Source: Girardia tigrina
Taxonomy: Eukaryota
Length of the DNA: 64,000 nucleotides
Assembly: GCA_001938485.1 (NCBI GenBank)
Contig: MQRK01167126.1
Location: 3,389-67,388 of the forward strand
Reading direction: 5' to 3'
Below the pieces are notes generated by a model that saw nothing but the letters and a program-made list of their open reading frames with translations, searched no databases and was not told the DNA's origin. Positions within the stretch are counted from its first letter, which is position 1, and the number at the start of each line of letters is the position of its first letter. Below, in pieces: positions 24,331-37,497 of the stretch. A program made the position numbers and the translations under genes.

Positions 24331-25390
24331 ACGTAATTCGACTGAACCAGAATACTTGGGCATTGAACATGAACAATTGATTTATATTATTTTGTTTATG
24401 ATGTCACCTCATGTTCTGTTGTGGTAATTACCAATTAATTCTTTGACTTCTTTTATTATAGTTGTATTATTAGGATTTCATAACTTCAAACATCCGAATA
24501 ATTGTTGTTGTCGCATGTAATTTCTTCTCATTGTCGCGTGGATCACGATGGACATCGTGAACGTTGTGACACATTATTTACAAATATTCAAGGCGATAAA
24601 TATGACGCGATTTCATGTTTTGGCTGATTTTTCAAACAACTTACTGAAATGGGTGACAGAAAATTACATATTTCTGTACATTTTTCATAAATCTATAAAA
24701 ATAAAAAATTTAGATTTCACTGACAGTTTTTAGTTTTCACAGTTTGAAATATTCTTTCAAGAAGTCCTTGCCCATCAACTGACTTGTTTCCCTGTTAGAT
24801 TGCAAGTAAATTTGCCGAATAATATACTTTTTTCTATTAAAACCGTTCATAATTATTGCTTGAGTCAAGCAAGTGATTATTTAACTAATGATGAAAATTA
24901 TGTTTCGTTTACATATATAAAAGCAAGCACAAGGGTAGGAAAAAAGTGTGGTTAATATGTTTCTATTTGGTTTGCATTAAATGAGTTGACATATACATTT
25001 TATATACATATAATATGATGAAACATGGGGAAATATTAAGTATGAATCGGTAAAGGAATTAAAAAGATATATAAAAATGATTGAATACCATTTTAGAAAC
25101 ATTGATCCAGTTTTTGTCACAAAAGTAAATAAAAATGAATAAATTTGTGAAAGAAAAATTGAGCATTTTAGCATTCTTTATTTCAATAGTTATTATATAT
25201 AAAATAATTTTATATTTTTAAATAAATGAGTGAAACTATTATTTGAAATTCGTCAGTCGGATGTGTCGCAAAACAAATAATCGTGCCAGATGAAAAGGTA
25301 TTAATCGGAACGGCAGAAAATGACGCTCAAACCTCTGTGTGAAGAGATGGTTAATTACCAATAAATTTGAATTAGTAATTATTAAGAACA

Positions 25391-25690
25391 CTAATTGGAT
25401 TTTCAATATATTTATTGACATAACAACTCGAGTTGCCACTAGGTCGATTCTCCACTAAACATTTACAACTAGTCATCGTTCATGATTGATAAAATTTTAT
25501 TTCTATTTCTAAACGTCTTGTTATTCAAACGAATTTAAATTACAATTTAATTTACAATATCGATTACAAAATAATTTTAATTATTTTAAAAATATATTTA
25601 ATATATATTATTAATGATATATTAATTTCATTTAAAAAATATTATTTAAATTTTAAAATTGATTAAATAATCCGATGTTTTAAATTTTAA
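25391..25690 (+). repeat. Dispersed repeat family B (other copies: 22560-22660, 45705-45836 plus 47825-48095, 59451-59850)
   Basis: Shared blocks catcgttcNtgattgataaa...ttctatttctaaa...aatttaaattacaattt and, in the longer copies, ccatNtgggtNagagaNacacaat. Confidence 0.7.
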
Positions 25691-27119
25691 TACGTCGGAT
25701 TATTTTGGGAAAGCCAAAATAAATTATTTTAAGGGCCACTTTGGAAAACCACCATAACTCGCGGTCTGAATTTAAAATTATATATCTTCATATTATAATT
25801 TAACCACCTATAGATATTTTTTGGAGTGAGAAAATGAAACATAATGATTTATTATCCTTGTTTTTACTAATAGTCCTACAAATTAGCTTAAATAAGATAT
25901 AAATAATGATAATAAATGTGCTTAGTAAAGAAATATATAAATATGAATAAAATAAAAAATGAAGTAAATAAAGCATATTTATTTTACTATTGTGATATTT
26001 GTTTCTCCATTCTTTCAGTTAACTCTTGCAAATCGATTTCTATTTTGGTATTTGCGCATCGTCATTGGGCTTGAATGTTAGCGCCCGTTATATTTGACCG
26101 TGTCTTGTGCTTAGTCATTTTTATTTTGAAACGATTCACAGGTGTAAGTTGAACCAAAAGCGCTAACAACTTTTTGTGCCAGACGTAAGTATTATAACGA
26201 TCTATTTGTATATAACCTAAATCTAAACATAACATACCAGAAAAAAACAAAATAAAACGAAAGACGTACAAAAAAAAGAGAAGAATTCGGTAACGACGCA
26301 CCATTTACCAAAAAATAAATAAATAAATAAATGAGTTATTAAAATTTAATATAAATAAAATATATCGAAAGATGAAAGAGATAAGGAACAAGTCTGAAAG
26401 AGCTGTTAACAATAATAATAATAATTAATAATAAATAAATTAATTAATAATAAATAATAATAAATAAAATTTTCAAAACATTATAGATTAAAATGCAATT
26501 TATATATATTTTCTACTTTTTTTATAAATTCAAAAGTGATATAATAATTATTAAAAAAATAATTTATATGAATATATTGAGGAATTAATTATTTTTTTCT
26601 CATTCTATTATTTTATACCATAATTTGGATTAATAAAAATTAGTGATTTCCGAATTTTAGTATTTGAATATAATACAACTATGTTTTTATTGGGATTCTA
26701 ATAGCTTTTTCTGCCTCTTTCTCTGTATTTATTTGATGCCCATAAATTATATTGTTCTCGTTTGTCGACTACAAAAAACAAACTTTTTATGATACACCGA
26801 TAATGGTTATGTCTATGAACAAATGCTCTGTAGAATGTGGTATGAAGTTAACTGTAAATTTAATTAATATTAAATGAATCTTATTTAGGGTTTCTCTTAT
26901 CCTTACTTCAAGCATAAAACACATTAGACTATATAATTTAACTGTCATAAGATAAGTAATTACTAAATTGTAGCTTATTTTCCCTTGAAAAGAAAAAACA
27001 GTTCTCAACCTCATAAACACAACACAAATTTTGATACATTTATTTCTAAGACATTGGAATTCTTTAAAACTTTAACTGTTGTAGCCGAAAATGTTCTTCT
27101 TTATAAAACGTTTGCGGTA

Positions 27120-27760
27120 GGACTTATGAAAATTAACTTTCAAACTTTCTAATTAACTACTTTTACGGGATGACCATTTTTGCATTTAGTCTGAAACCAA
27201 CGCGACTCACAAAAAGAGGTTGTCGGCTCTAGCCGACGCAGCAGTCAAAGTTTTGCAACCGTCAATATGGCCTAATAAGCATGGATTTCAACAAAGATGG
27301 ATTAAGTTTTACAGTTATGACCTCTTCAGACCTAAATAAGAAAATTTAGAATAAGAAAACAAACTTTTTGAATTGTGAATATTTTTGGAAGTTTCATCAC
27401 ATATGTAAGCTTTGTCTTTTAATATTTTAATAATTCGACCTCGATGATTAGAAAAAAATTGAATATCGCATTAAAGAAAAAAAATTGTCTTGATACTCCC
27501 ATAACGTTGCACGTAATCGTTTGACTCTTGTGAAATTTTCAAATTTGGTTTCAAGTAAATGGAAACGTTCCAGGGAGATATTTTAGTCTTCCGTGTCCAA
27601 AGCAGCAATAAACATTTGCTCGTTAATCATCAAATTCTCATCGCCAAGTTTATATAAAAAATGCATCACACTCATTCCGCAGCTCAATCACTTGTTAGCA
27701 CTTCTTTCCATCTTTCTCGAGGATTTCTTTCAACTGGTGATAGGCGTTTTCAAAACTCAT
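27120..27760 (-). pseudogene. EMC2: EMC2 (TTC35, ER membrane complex subunit 2) pseudogene
   Basis: Hand translation from the ATG at 27760 with one T-run frameshift: MSFENAYHQLKEILEKDGKKC*QVIELRNECDAFLYKLGDENLMINEQMFIAALDTED*NISLERFHLLETKFENFTRVKRLRATLWEYQ. Recalled EMC2: KLGDDIWIIYEQVMIAALD...QFPGSHRVKRL. A later KLNPS remnant is present. The 3' limit is approximate. Confidence 0.75.
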
Positions 27761-27904
27761 CGATGTTTTTGTTTTAGCAATAATATTCAATTTTTATAAT
27801 TCTTAGAAGATGGAAATTTCGTCACTTGTAATCGTTTTTAAACACAATTTTATAATTTTCAAACTTTTCAGTAATTAAGTAATTTACACAGAGTTCTCAC
27901 AAAA

Positions 27905-28530
27905 CTTCTTCTTCTTCTGAATCTTGGCCGTTGGGCAGCGAGTGGAACCAATTATGCACAAGCTTTCGCCACATTTCTCTTTTTGTGTTCTCTCTTCTCA
28001 GACCTTCCTTGTCCAATCCAATCCATTTGTTTAGGTCGTATGTACTTGTCTCTTTGATTTAACTCTTTCCATTATTCATTCATTCATAATCTTCGCTAGT
28101 GCTTTTTTCTTATCTATTGTCCATAGAATTTTAGCTTGCTTCTCATCACCAGTCTTTTACCTAGTATTTATGTAACTCTCTTCCAGACAAAGTCGATGGT
28201 CTTCTTTTCTTTCGACGTGATCTTCAGCATTCTCCTGTAGCACTTCATTTCATACACTTTAAGTCTATTCATATTTTTCTGATTTATTGTCCAACTCTAG
28301 CATCCATAAAGAAGTGTTACCCAAACAATTCTCTTAGTGAACTTTATTCTGCTTTTGAGATGCTCAGTTTTTTATGAGGTTAAAAACTGTTAAAAACTTA
28401 ATCATTGCGCTTGCTGTAATACCAATCTGACTTCGGATTTCTTTTTCCGTTCCTTCATTCTCTGTGATAGTAGAGCCTAAGTATTTGAAACTCTTAATTT
28501 GTTCCAGCTAATACACTTTAATGTCGATCT
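27905..28530 (-). mobile_element. RTE-clade LINE 3' portion with (GAA)n tail
   Basis: LEQIKSFKYLGSTITENEGTEKEIRSQIG...TLLYGC*SWTI...LKVYEMKCYRRMLKIT...KLKFYG. The tail is ttcttcttcttc on the + strand at ~27906. Confidence 0.85.
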
Positions 28531-29671
28531 CCAGTATAACCTCGTTGTGACGGTTTACTGAAAGCAAAACAAAACAAATGTAGTAAATTAAATCAATCTC
28601 TTATAAATATCATTAATTGATTTTTTTATTTTTTTTAATCTAATTTAAGTTCTGTAAAAAAATAAATACTTATTATTATTTATTATTATTATTAAAACTT
28701 ATATTTTGGGATATATTTGTCGTAAATCTATATCAAGAAATATAAAAAAAGAAATTTACGGAAATGTAAATGAAATATAAAATGAACATTTAAAAAATAC
28801 AACATAAATTACATAAATTTCAATTACGTTTTACGAGAATTAATTATGTTGTCAAACGGAAGATAACATTAATAATTTTATTTTTTATAAAAATTACTTA
28901 AAATTCCTTAAAAAAACAACAAGTAAAAAAATAAAAAAATAATCACTGAATTTTTAATACACTTTGTAAAATATTATTATAAAATCAAATGAATAAATAA
29001 TATTTTAATAAAATTAAATAAACAAAAGATAAATCTAATAAAATCCATTAGTCGGACCGACAAAATATCAACAACAGAAATGTTTACTGTCAAAATTCGT
29101 ACATTAAAACAAATTATCTTTAATTTAATATTGATCAAAATGGCTCTTACAAGTTGACAGAAACTGAAAAAAATAAGTAAAAGTGTAATAAATATTTTTT
29201 TGATTTATTTTATTCTTTAAAAAATTTTAAAATTTAAAAAAAATTAAAATTAGAATTATATAAATAAAACTTAAAACATTATATTTTTTGATAAAATTAT
29301 ACTATATGGAATAATACTAAAAATTATTAATTATGTTTAGGAGGAGTTAGTTAATATTTTTTCGCTGATAAAATTAAAATAATTTAAAAACTAATGAATT
29401 TTCAAACATAATTTAAAAAAAATTTTAACAATATTTAAAATTAAGTTTCGTTATATAATTAAAATAAATTATGTTTTATAAAGTATATAAGTTTTAAAAA
29501 TAACAAAGTTGAACTTTAAATAATTTTTAATATTTTATTTGATTTAAAATTTAAAAAAAATTAATGTTTAAAAAAAATTTTAATAGTTTAAAAGTAAATA
29601 TTATTTTAGAATAAATAAGATTGAATTAAAATAGCATTAAATGTTATTTTTTCTATGAACTAAGTAGCGAC

Positions 29672-30933
29672 AGGCGGTGTTTAAAAAATAATATAGTTTT
29701 TTAACCTTAATCTTTAAAGACGAATATCTCAACGTAGAATCAACTTTATTAATCGAAATAACAACCGCTAGCATCAATACACTTTGGCCAACGTTGCACA
29801 AGTTTATTTATTCCGGTTGCATAAAATTCTGGCTTTCTGGAGGTAATGAAATCGTTGAAAGCAGTTTTAGCATCCCCTTAATTTTTGAAGTATTTCTCCT
29901 GGAGGAAAAGGTCAAGATGTTTGAAAAAGTAATAATCAGTAGGCGAGAGGTCAGGGGAGTATGTTGGATGACTCAAAGTTTCGTAGCCAAGTTCGTTCGA
30001 CAGTTGCATTGTCAGACGTGCGATGTGTGGCCGAAGAATAAGCTCCTTCCTATTGACTAATGTTGGTTGTTTTTATTGGAGTTTCTGGTTCATTTTGACA
30101 ATTTCCTGACAGTATCTCTCTGCTGTAATTGTTTCTCCTCGATTTAGGAAGCTATGATGAATAACACCGGCTGCAGACCACCAAACAGTCACCATCATCT
30201 TTTTATGGTACAATTTCGGCCTTGGAAAGGGTTGTGGAGCTTGATAGTGGTAACTATTGAAAAGAATGTCTTCGATTGTCGTAGAGAATCCATTTTTCAT
30301 CACACGTCACAATTCGGTCCAGAAACGGATCATTCTTGTTCCGCAGAAGAAGTGAAGACGATGCCTCAAAACGACACATTTTTTGATTGTCATTTAATTC
30401 GTATGTAATCCAATTATCCATTTTTTTCGACTTCCCAATGCCACACAGATGATTTTAAATTGTTCCTATCGTGACACCTAGTTCCTCCTCAAACTCTCGA
30501 ACTGTTTTGCGTGGATCTGCTTCTACTAGAGCCTTCAAATTTTCATTTTCAATAGCAGGTTTCCGTCCATGGCCATCATCATCTCTGAAGGTCTCATCTC
30601 CTTGAAATTTTTTGAACCAACGTTGTAATATACATTCGTTTGTGGTTCCATCGCTCAATGCATTGTTGATATTACGGGCGGCCTCCGATGCTTTGTGACC
30701 AAGTTTGAATTCATATAAAAACATTGCTCGTAATTGCGCTTTTTACATGTTGACAACTTTTTAAATAAACACGTTATTTTAAAGTTAATATTTAAAAAAG
30801 TATCATAGAAATATAGTTTTTCATAAACTTTAAAATTATGTATAAAACATAAATGAATGATAAAGATTTATTTCAATGCATCATCAAAAATCAGGACAAT
30901 TCAAAAAATGACATCATTTTTTAAACAACCTAA
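29672..30933 (-). mobile_element. Mariner, cecropia/Hsmar1-like, full length but defective
   Basis: FLYEFKLGHKASEAARNINNA...WFKKF...GRKP and KMMVTVWWSAAGVIHHSFL. Imperfect TIRs: right ...tttaaacaacctaa|ta, left ggtgtttaaaaa. Confidence 0.9.
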
Positions 30934-32219
30934 TAGTACAAAAATACTGAGGTAAAAAGGTAGAAATAAAAGTTCCCCAATATAATTCTAACTTTCTGAA
31001 TGTTATCCAAGAGACTAACTGGTGGTAGCAGATAAATGTTTATCGTGGTTCCGGATCCATTTTTGAAATAATTGATTTTATTTATTTTTTTTAAATTGAT
31101 ATTATTTCGGTCAGCGATATATAGGCATATTGAAATGTTTTGTGTTTTTGTCTATATCGCTGTTTTTTTAATGATTGAAATGTATTGATGCAATTTATTA
31201 TATATATGGAGCGATGGTGGGATGTGTGACATATATCGACAAATTTTTTTTCAAGGTCAATTTTTATTGCTTTATTTTCTCTAGTTTGAGTTTTGATCTG
31301 AAAAAATATCTCACACAAAAAAGATTTAGTTAATTAACTTTAAACAATTTCTTTAAAATTTCACATCTTAAAAAAAATATTAAAATCATTACTAATAATT
31401 CAAATCATTAACATATATCAATATCATCAGCAATAATTCAGTTCATCGAGTAAATTCCTTTAATTATCTCAATTCAAAAGAAGGTCGATTTAAAATATCA
31501 TATCTTGAATTATGAACTACCATTCGCTCTGATTATCTGGCAAATCAGAGCAAGTCATTCGATATTTAACTCTCTAACCTAAAAAATACATACACACAGG
31601 TTCGGTCAACCCGCAAAACGAGACAATGAACACTTTGTCTGGATTTGAATTTAGATAATAATATTGATTTTTTAAATATCTAATTTTATTTTTTTTATTT
31701 AATTGTTTTTAATTTTTTACTTTAATTTTTTTTGACATGTCTCTTAAATATTTTTCAAAGATTAACATAAAATGACATGATAATTCAGCAAAAGCAACAT
31801 TGAAAATGAAACAATTTTTGTCTTTTAAGAACAATAAACGATTTGAAAAACTGTTTTTATTGCAAAGGGAAACATTTAAATATAAATAAAGAACAACAAT
31901 AAAATATAAATAGGATTAACTCGAAATTCCGATAAAAATATGCATAAATATATATGCATTTTAATGTAAATACGAATAATCTGTCAGCGAAATGATTAAT
32001 TACCATAATTAATAACTTTTGAGCGTTTTTTTCATAATTTATAATTTGATAATTAATTATTTATTATTAGTATTAAATAAAAATTTAATCAAAACTCAAT
32101 TGTAAAATTTTTTAAAAAAAATTATTTCCTTACTTTGTTTTGTAAAATATAATTTATATAATATAAGATTTTACAATATTTTGTAATATTATAATATCAT
32201 TGTAATATCATTTGTAATA

Positions 32220-33667
32220 TAGTGCGTTCAAAAAGTAACTGTGTACCTGCAATTTTAAAACAAGAACGATATCCTGTGTTCTAAAAATCAATAACAAAAT
32301 ATTTTGAATAGTCCTTTTTTATGTGAAGAACAATCACCGTCTCTTAATTTATTAAAAATAACAAGAAAAGAGTCACAACAACTGCTGGAAATGCCCACCA
32401 AGTTCGTGAATACAAACGTTAATTCGACGTTTCAANNNNNNNNNNNNNNNNNNNNNNNNNNNNNNNNNNNNNNNNNNNNNNNNNNNNNNNNNNNNNNNNN
32501 NNNNNNNNNNNNNNNNNNNNNNNNNNNNNNNNNNNNNNNNNNNNNNNNNNNNNNNNNNNNNNNNNNNNNNNNNNNNNNNNNNNNNNNNNNNNNNNNNNNN
32601 NNNNNNNNNNNNNNNNNNNNNNNNNNNNNNNNNNNNNNNNNNNNNNNNNNNNNNNNNNNNNNNNNNNNNNNNNNNNNNNNNNNNNNNNNNNNNNNNNNNN
32701 NNNNNNNNNNNNNNNNNNNNNNNNNNNNNNNNNNNNNNNNNNNNNNNNNNNNNNNNNNNNNNNNNNNNNNNNNNNNNNNNNNNNNNNNNNNNNNNNNNNN
32801 NNNNNNNNNNNNNNNNNNNNNNNNNNNNNNNNNNNNNNNNNNNNNNNNNNNNNNNNNNNNNNNNNNNNNNNNNNNNNNNTCTCAACAAATTCATGCGGAT
32901 TTTCACTGGATCAAACTCGAGAATTTTGGCTACTCACATATCCAGACAAATGAAACCACGCTTCATCGGAAAAAAGTCTTGTCGAGCATGTCATCCTCCT
33001 TCAGATTTTCCTTGAACCAATGACAAAACTTGAGTCGCTTTTCAAAGTCTGTGTCTTTTAACTCATGTTGACTAGTAACACGATATGGATATAAGCTTAA
33101 AGTTTTCCTCACAGCGGCATGTGCAGTTCCAACAGATACACTCACTTCTTGAGATAAACGGCGCATTGACTTTGTTGGACTCTGGCTCATGGCTTTCGAA
33201 ATAACATTGACTTTTTGATCCGTTAAAATCGTTGGTCGACCTGAGCGGGAGGCATCATGAACGGATCCAGTTTCTCTGAACTTGTTCACTAACGCTCGAA
33301 CTGCATTTCGATGAGGTATTGCCGTTGCGGGAAACTTTTCGGCAAATTTTTTCATCACTGCTTCTGTGTATTCATCATTCGCACGAAAGACATGTTCAAT
33401 CAAAAATATTCTCTCCTCCGTTGACAAAACCATTTTCAATTGGAATTAACTTCGCAATAAATTGACTTTCGTCAATGATTAGATTGAATATCAAAATGAT
33501 TTTTTTTTAAATTTAAAACGCTCAGTGTCAAGGTCAAAGTGTGTAGGTATGTTTTTGTTCACGAATCTATTTCATAGAAATTTGCATTTAAAAAGTCTGC
33601 TACAACGCTGATTATCTAAAAATAAACCAGACAATGAAAGGTGCACAGTGACTTTCTGAACGCACTG
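32220..33667 (-). mobile_element. Tc1/mariner-superfamily element (DUF4817 HTH type), spans an N gap, defective
   Basis: TIRs agtgcgttcaaaaagtaactgtgtacct / aggtgcacagtgactttctgaacgcactg flanked by TA. ORF 32963-33439 contains KFRETGSV...SGRP, then a frameshifted DEAWFHLSGYV.SQN and a C-terminal GGHFQQLL. Confidence 0.9.
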
Positions 33668-34025
33668 TATTATAATATAATAATATCATGTAAAGTTATT
33701 ATAATTTGATATTATAATATTATAGTAATATATTGAATAAACAAGTTTCTTAAATATATCAGGCTACTTGGAGGATGGGATTGCCTTTTTCTCTTAGATT
33801 TATATTGAGTGAGGTTTCTTGCCAGACTTTACTTGTGGACAGTAGTTTAATCTCGTTGAAACACACTATAATTATGAAGGTCATACTCATTTGTAATTTA
33901 ATTGTCATGACTTAACCATTGAAAGTGCAGAGATATGCATCGTAATTTCGAAAAACCCTTTCTACTTCCACTTTTCGGAATTTTTTTACTATAGGAATAG
34001 TGTAATGAAGACTTTGTCGGCTATA

Positions 34026-34272
34026 GTGTAATGAAGACTTTGTCGGCTACTAAATACGGCTAATAGAACTTGACACCGAATTACCGATCATCCAGATATT
34101 AGCATCGGCTTGTAGCACCTCAAAAATTATTTCGTACCCACTCGGGTGATCGTGTCTAGGTTGTTGATTAACTCGGCTTTCGTCATGTCGGTCAGAGTGA
34201 GAGTGCCTGCGTCTTTGCCCGGGGATGATTCTGTAGCGAATTTGGTCCAGAGTATTGTGAAAAATCAATCGA
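34026..34272 (-). pseudogene. HSP90: HSP90 N-terminal ATPase-domain pseudogene fragment
   Basis: Across frameshifts: RLIFHNTLDQIRY, GTLTLTD-MTKAELINNLDTITRVGTK, EVLQADANIWMIG, FGVKFY*PYLVADKVFIT. Recalled HSP90: DALDKIRY...[29 protein letters not shown]...[28 protein letters not shown]. It ends in a ~24-bp tandem duplication at 33998-34049. Confidence 0.85.
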
Positions 34273-35292
34273 GGTGGATTAAATGGCTGTGGATTTGGAT
34301 CTAAACTATAGAACTCCTCTACAAGACTGAGGTGCAACAGTTAGTTGGCAGGGTTCATTGAAACGCTTATCAGAACTTCAATAACCATTTTCATCAGAAA
34401 GCATTTGTTCTCGTTGATGTATTCCTTGAAATGTTGGACGAGGTTACCGCATATCATCTCACATCTCAGTGGATAAGCTTTTCATTTCATTGACAAATTA
34501 TTCAGCAGGATCTCATCTTGTTTACATAGTTCAAATGATGGCACGCATCTTTATCTGCCAGAGAAATTCAAAATATTACGTTTCTCTTCAATTCATCATC
34601 ATTATATTGGTTTTTGATTCGATTCTCTGGATTATTCGTTTATCCGATATATTTTTTGTTTTTCTATTTGTATTTCAAGCTCACCACTAAATATTTTTGA
34701 AAATACTGTTTTATCTGTTATCTGTTTTACTCTATTCATTTTCTTTACTAAAATAATATTTTAAATAAAATAAATTTATAAAGAATATTTTCAAATCAAA
34801 GGTAAAACATTTAACTAATTAAAACATTAATTAAAACATTTACTTAATTTTTAAAATTTTCAGTTTGATTTCAATTCAAAATAATTTTTAAAACCATTTA
34901 AATTTTGATCAGTGCAATAAATTAATTACCTCCTCAAAAAATAAACTCCGTAAAAATTATGAAAAAAAATTTTCTTTTTATTTTTATCGAAATAATTAAA
35001 AAAATCTTATTCTGACATGATTCATATTTTATTTCTTGTAACACAAGAATTTTTTTACAGTGACTTAAACAACTTTTTCGATTATTGATCGCACACACAT
35101 ACTTTTTACAAACAAAAAATTTGAATGGACCAATGATACATGGCGAGCAAATATCACAAAACAAAATACTGGCCAATCAGAAGGCTTCAAAAAATAGCTA
35201 CGTTGTGGTTTTTCATTCGAACAAATACAACTCATAATCTGAATTATTTTTTGTTTATTTTTATTTATATATATGCATTATTTATGCATTAT

Positions 35293-36558
35293 TTAGGTTG
35301 GGAAAAAAGTAATCCATTATTTTAATCCATTATTTTAATTCATTATTTATCGATCAAACAATTTCAAATTTATGCTCTTTGTCAAGATAACATTTCACAG
35401 TAGTTTCACAAAAAAATTTTGCTTTTTTTTATTCAGTTCTGAGTTACAGGGTGTTAAAAATGGAAGTCAACAAAGAAAAAATTCGGTACATGTTACAGTT
35501 TTTATTCGATAAAGACGAAAATGCAAGCCAGGTGGCTGTTATTGTGAATGGTGTTTATGGTGCCAATACTGTAACAGATAATTACACGCAATTTTGGTTT
35601 CGTCGATTCCGTGGAGGTATTTTTGATGTTAAAGATGCACCTCGCACAGGCTGGCCTATCTTTGAAAATATCGATAAAATCTCGGCAATGATCGAAGTTG
35701 ACCGGCATGTTAGTAGTCGTAGCATCGCACAGGAGCTGAAGATCGACCACAAAACGGTTTTAAACCATTTGGGCAAAGCAGGATTAAAAAAAATTGATGT
35801 TTGGTTCCACACAAATTAACACCAAAAAACATGATGGATCGAATTTTCATCTGCGAAGCCTTGGCCAAACGAAATAAAATCGACCCATTTCTTAAACGGA
35901 TGGTTACTGGGGATGAGAAATGGGTCACATACGACAATATTGTACGAAAGCGATCGTGGTCAAAGCACGGTGAAGCACATTAAACGGTCGCCAAACCATG
36001 ACTAACGGTCATGAAGGTTCTACTGTGTATTTGAAAGGACTGAAAAGGAATCATTTATTATGAGTTGCTTCCGTATGGTCAAACACTAAATTCAGATCTA
36101 TACTGTCAACAACTGGACCGTTTGAAGATAGCAATTGATGAGAAACGACAAGAATTGCCCAACCGAAGAGGTTTTATGTTCCATCACGACAACGCCAGAC
36201 AATATACGTCTGTAATGACTCGCCAGAAACTTAGGGAGCTTGGTTGGGAAGTTTTAATGCATCCAACATATAGTCCAGACCTGGCACCAAGCGATTACCA
36301 CTTTTTTCTCGCATTGCAAAATTTTCTGAGTGATAAAAAATTGGGATCAACAGAAGATTGTGAAAATCGATTACTACAGTTTTATGCCAATAAGGACCAA
36401 GACTTCTACGAGATAGGCATTATGAAGCTACCTTCAAAATGGCAACTAATTATACAACAAAACGGTGCATATTTGACTCCAAGAGAACAATCCGAAACAT
36501 GTTAAATAAAGTTTTGAATTTCACGCCAAAATAATGGATTTCTTTTTCCCCAACCTAA
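35293..36558 (+). mobile_element. Mariner (mellifera/capitata-like), full length, frameshifted
   Basis: TIRs ttaggttgggaaaaaagtaatccattatttt / aaaataatggatttctttttccccaacctaa. Motifs WVPHKL, TGDEKW, HDNAR, YSPDLAPSDY (DD34D). Confidence 0.95.
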
Positions 36559-37151
36559 TATATTTTTTAAATCCATTATCTTTATGTTTTTTAAACGATT
36601 AACAATTTAAAATAACAATTCACTAAAAACTCAAAAAAATGGAAATGCCATTAGGTTCAGCAAAACTGGGTCGGTTTCGTCAGAAATGTTTATTAAAAGT
36701 CTCTGATATCATCTGATATTGTTGATAATTTCACCGTAACGCATTCAGTTTCATTCAATATTGAATTGTCATGTTCCGACATTGTGTCTGTCCCCGGTTT
36801 CTCATGTGAACCATTTTTTAATTTTTTTACTTCGAAAATAACTCGGTTCAAATCGTCTTCCGAACACAGAGACTCCGACATGTTATTCGAACTGGACATA
36901 TAATACTTGTTTGAGAATATTAAAAAAAAATGAATTGAAAAATTTTTAATAGTTTGGAAATTTCATGTAATAATTAATTTGGGTTATCAATAGAAAAATG
37001 TAAGTTAAGAATTGTATGTATTTGTTGTTGTTTTAATGTATTATTTTTAACATAGAAATTGATATCAAATAAATCATTATTAGACGATATTGATTTTTTA
37101 TTGCGAATAAAAATAAAAGAAAATATTGTTTCTGAATCAAAATCAGCTCAA

Positions 37152-37497
37152 ATGAGATTAAAATTGAAATTATTAAAGAAAACCCAACAATATCTAATAT
37201 CTTCATCAATTCCCGAATCGAAAACCGAAGGTGAAATACAAATGATTAAATTCTTGCTGCAGCAGATGTTCCCAGCCACTGACATCTCCGGTGAAACCAT
37301 GTCAAACATGAACAATTTCGTGAACGAAGTTTTCGAACGGATTGCAAGTGAGGCCAGACGATTGGCGCATTGCAAAGAGAAGTCGACGACCACGAGCAGA
37401 GAGATCCTAGCAGGAGTGAAAAAACATGTGTCGCGTATGGATTAAATGTTGAAAATGTTTTCGAAGAAGGAGCTGTAAGAGTCAAATCAATGAACTG
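37152..37497 (+). CDS. Divergent histone H2B-like sequence; C-terminal helix recovered only after a frameshift in an A-run
   Basis: LLQQMFPATDISGETMSNMNNFVNEVFERIASEARRLAHCKEKSTTTSREILAGV matches the H2B histone fold. The shifted frame continues KTCVAYGLNVENVFEEGAVRVKSMN* (compare [20 protein letters not shown]). Possible 5' intron gtaagt(37000)...catag(37055). Confidence 0.7.

Noticed and set aside
26290-26304. tggtgcgtcgttacc on the minus strand as a primer-binding site
   Set aside because: It is not preceded by an LTR-ending CA and no gag follows.
32304-33023. Long ORFs rich in X (also 42912-43176, 55684-55875, 60925-61482)
   Set aside because: Artefacts of N gaps and TA repeats.
36693-36899. 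68-aa ORF divergent from the H2B-like gene as a possible H2A partner
   Set aside because: It has no histone-fold or H2A motifs.
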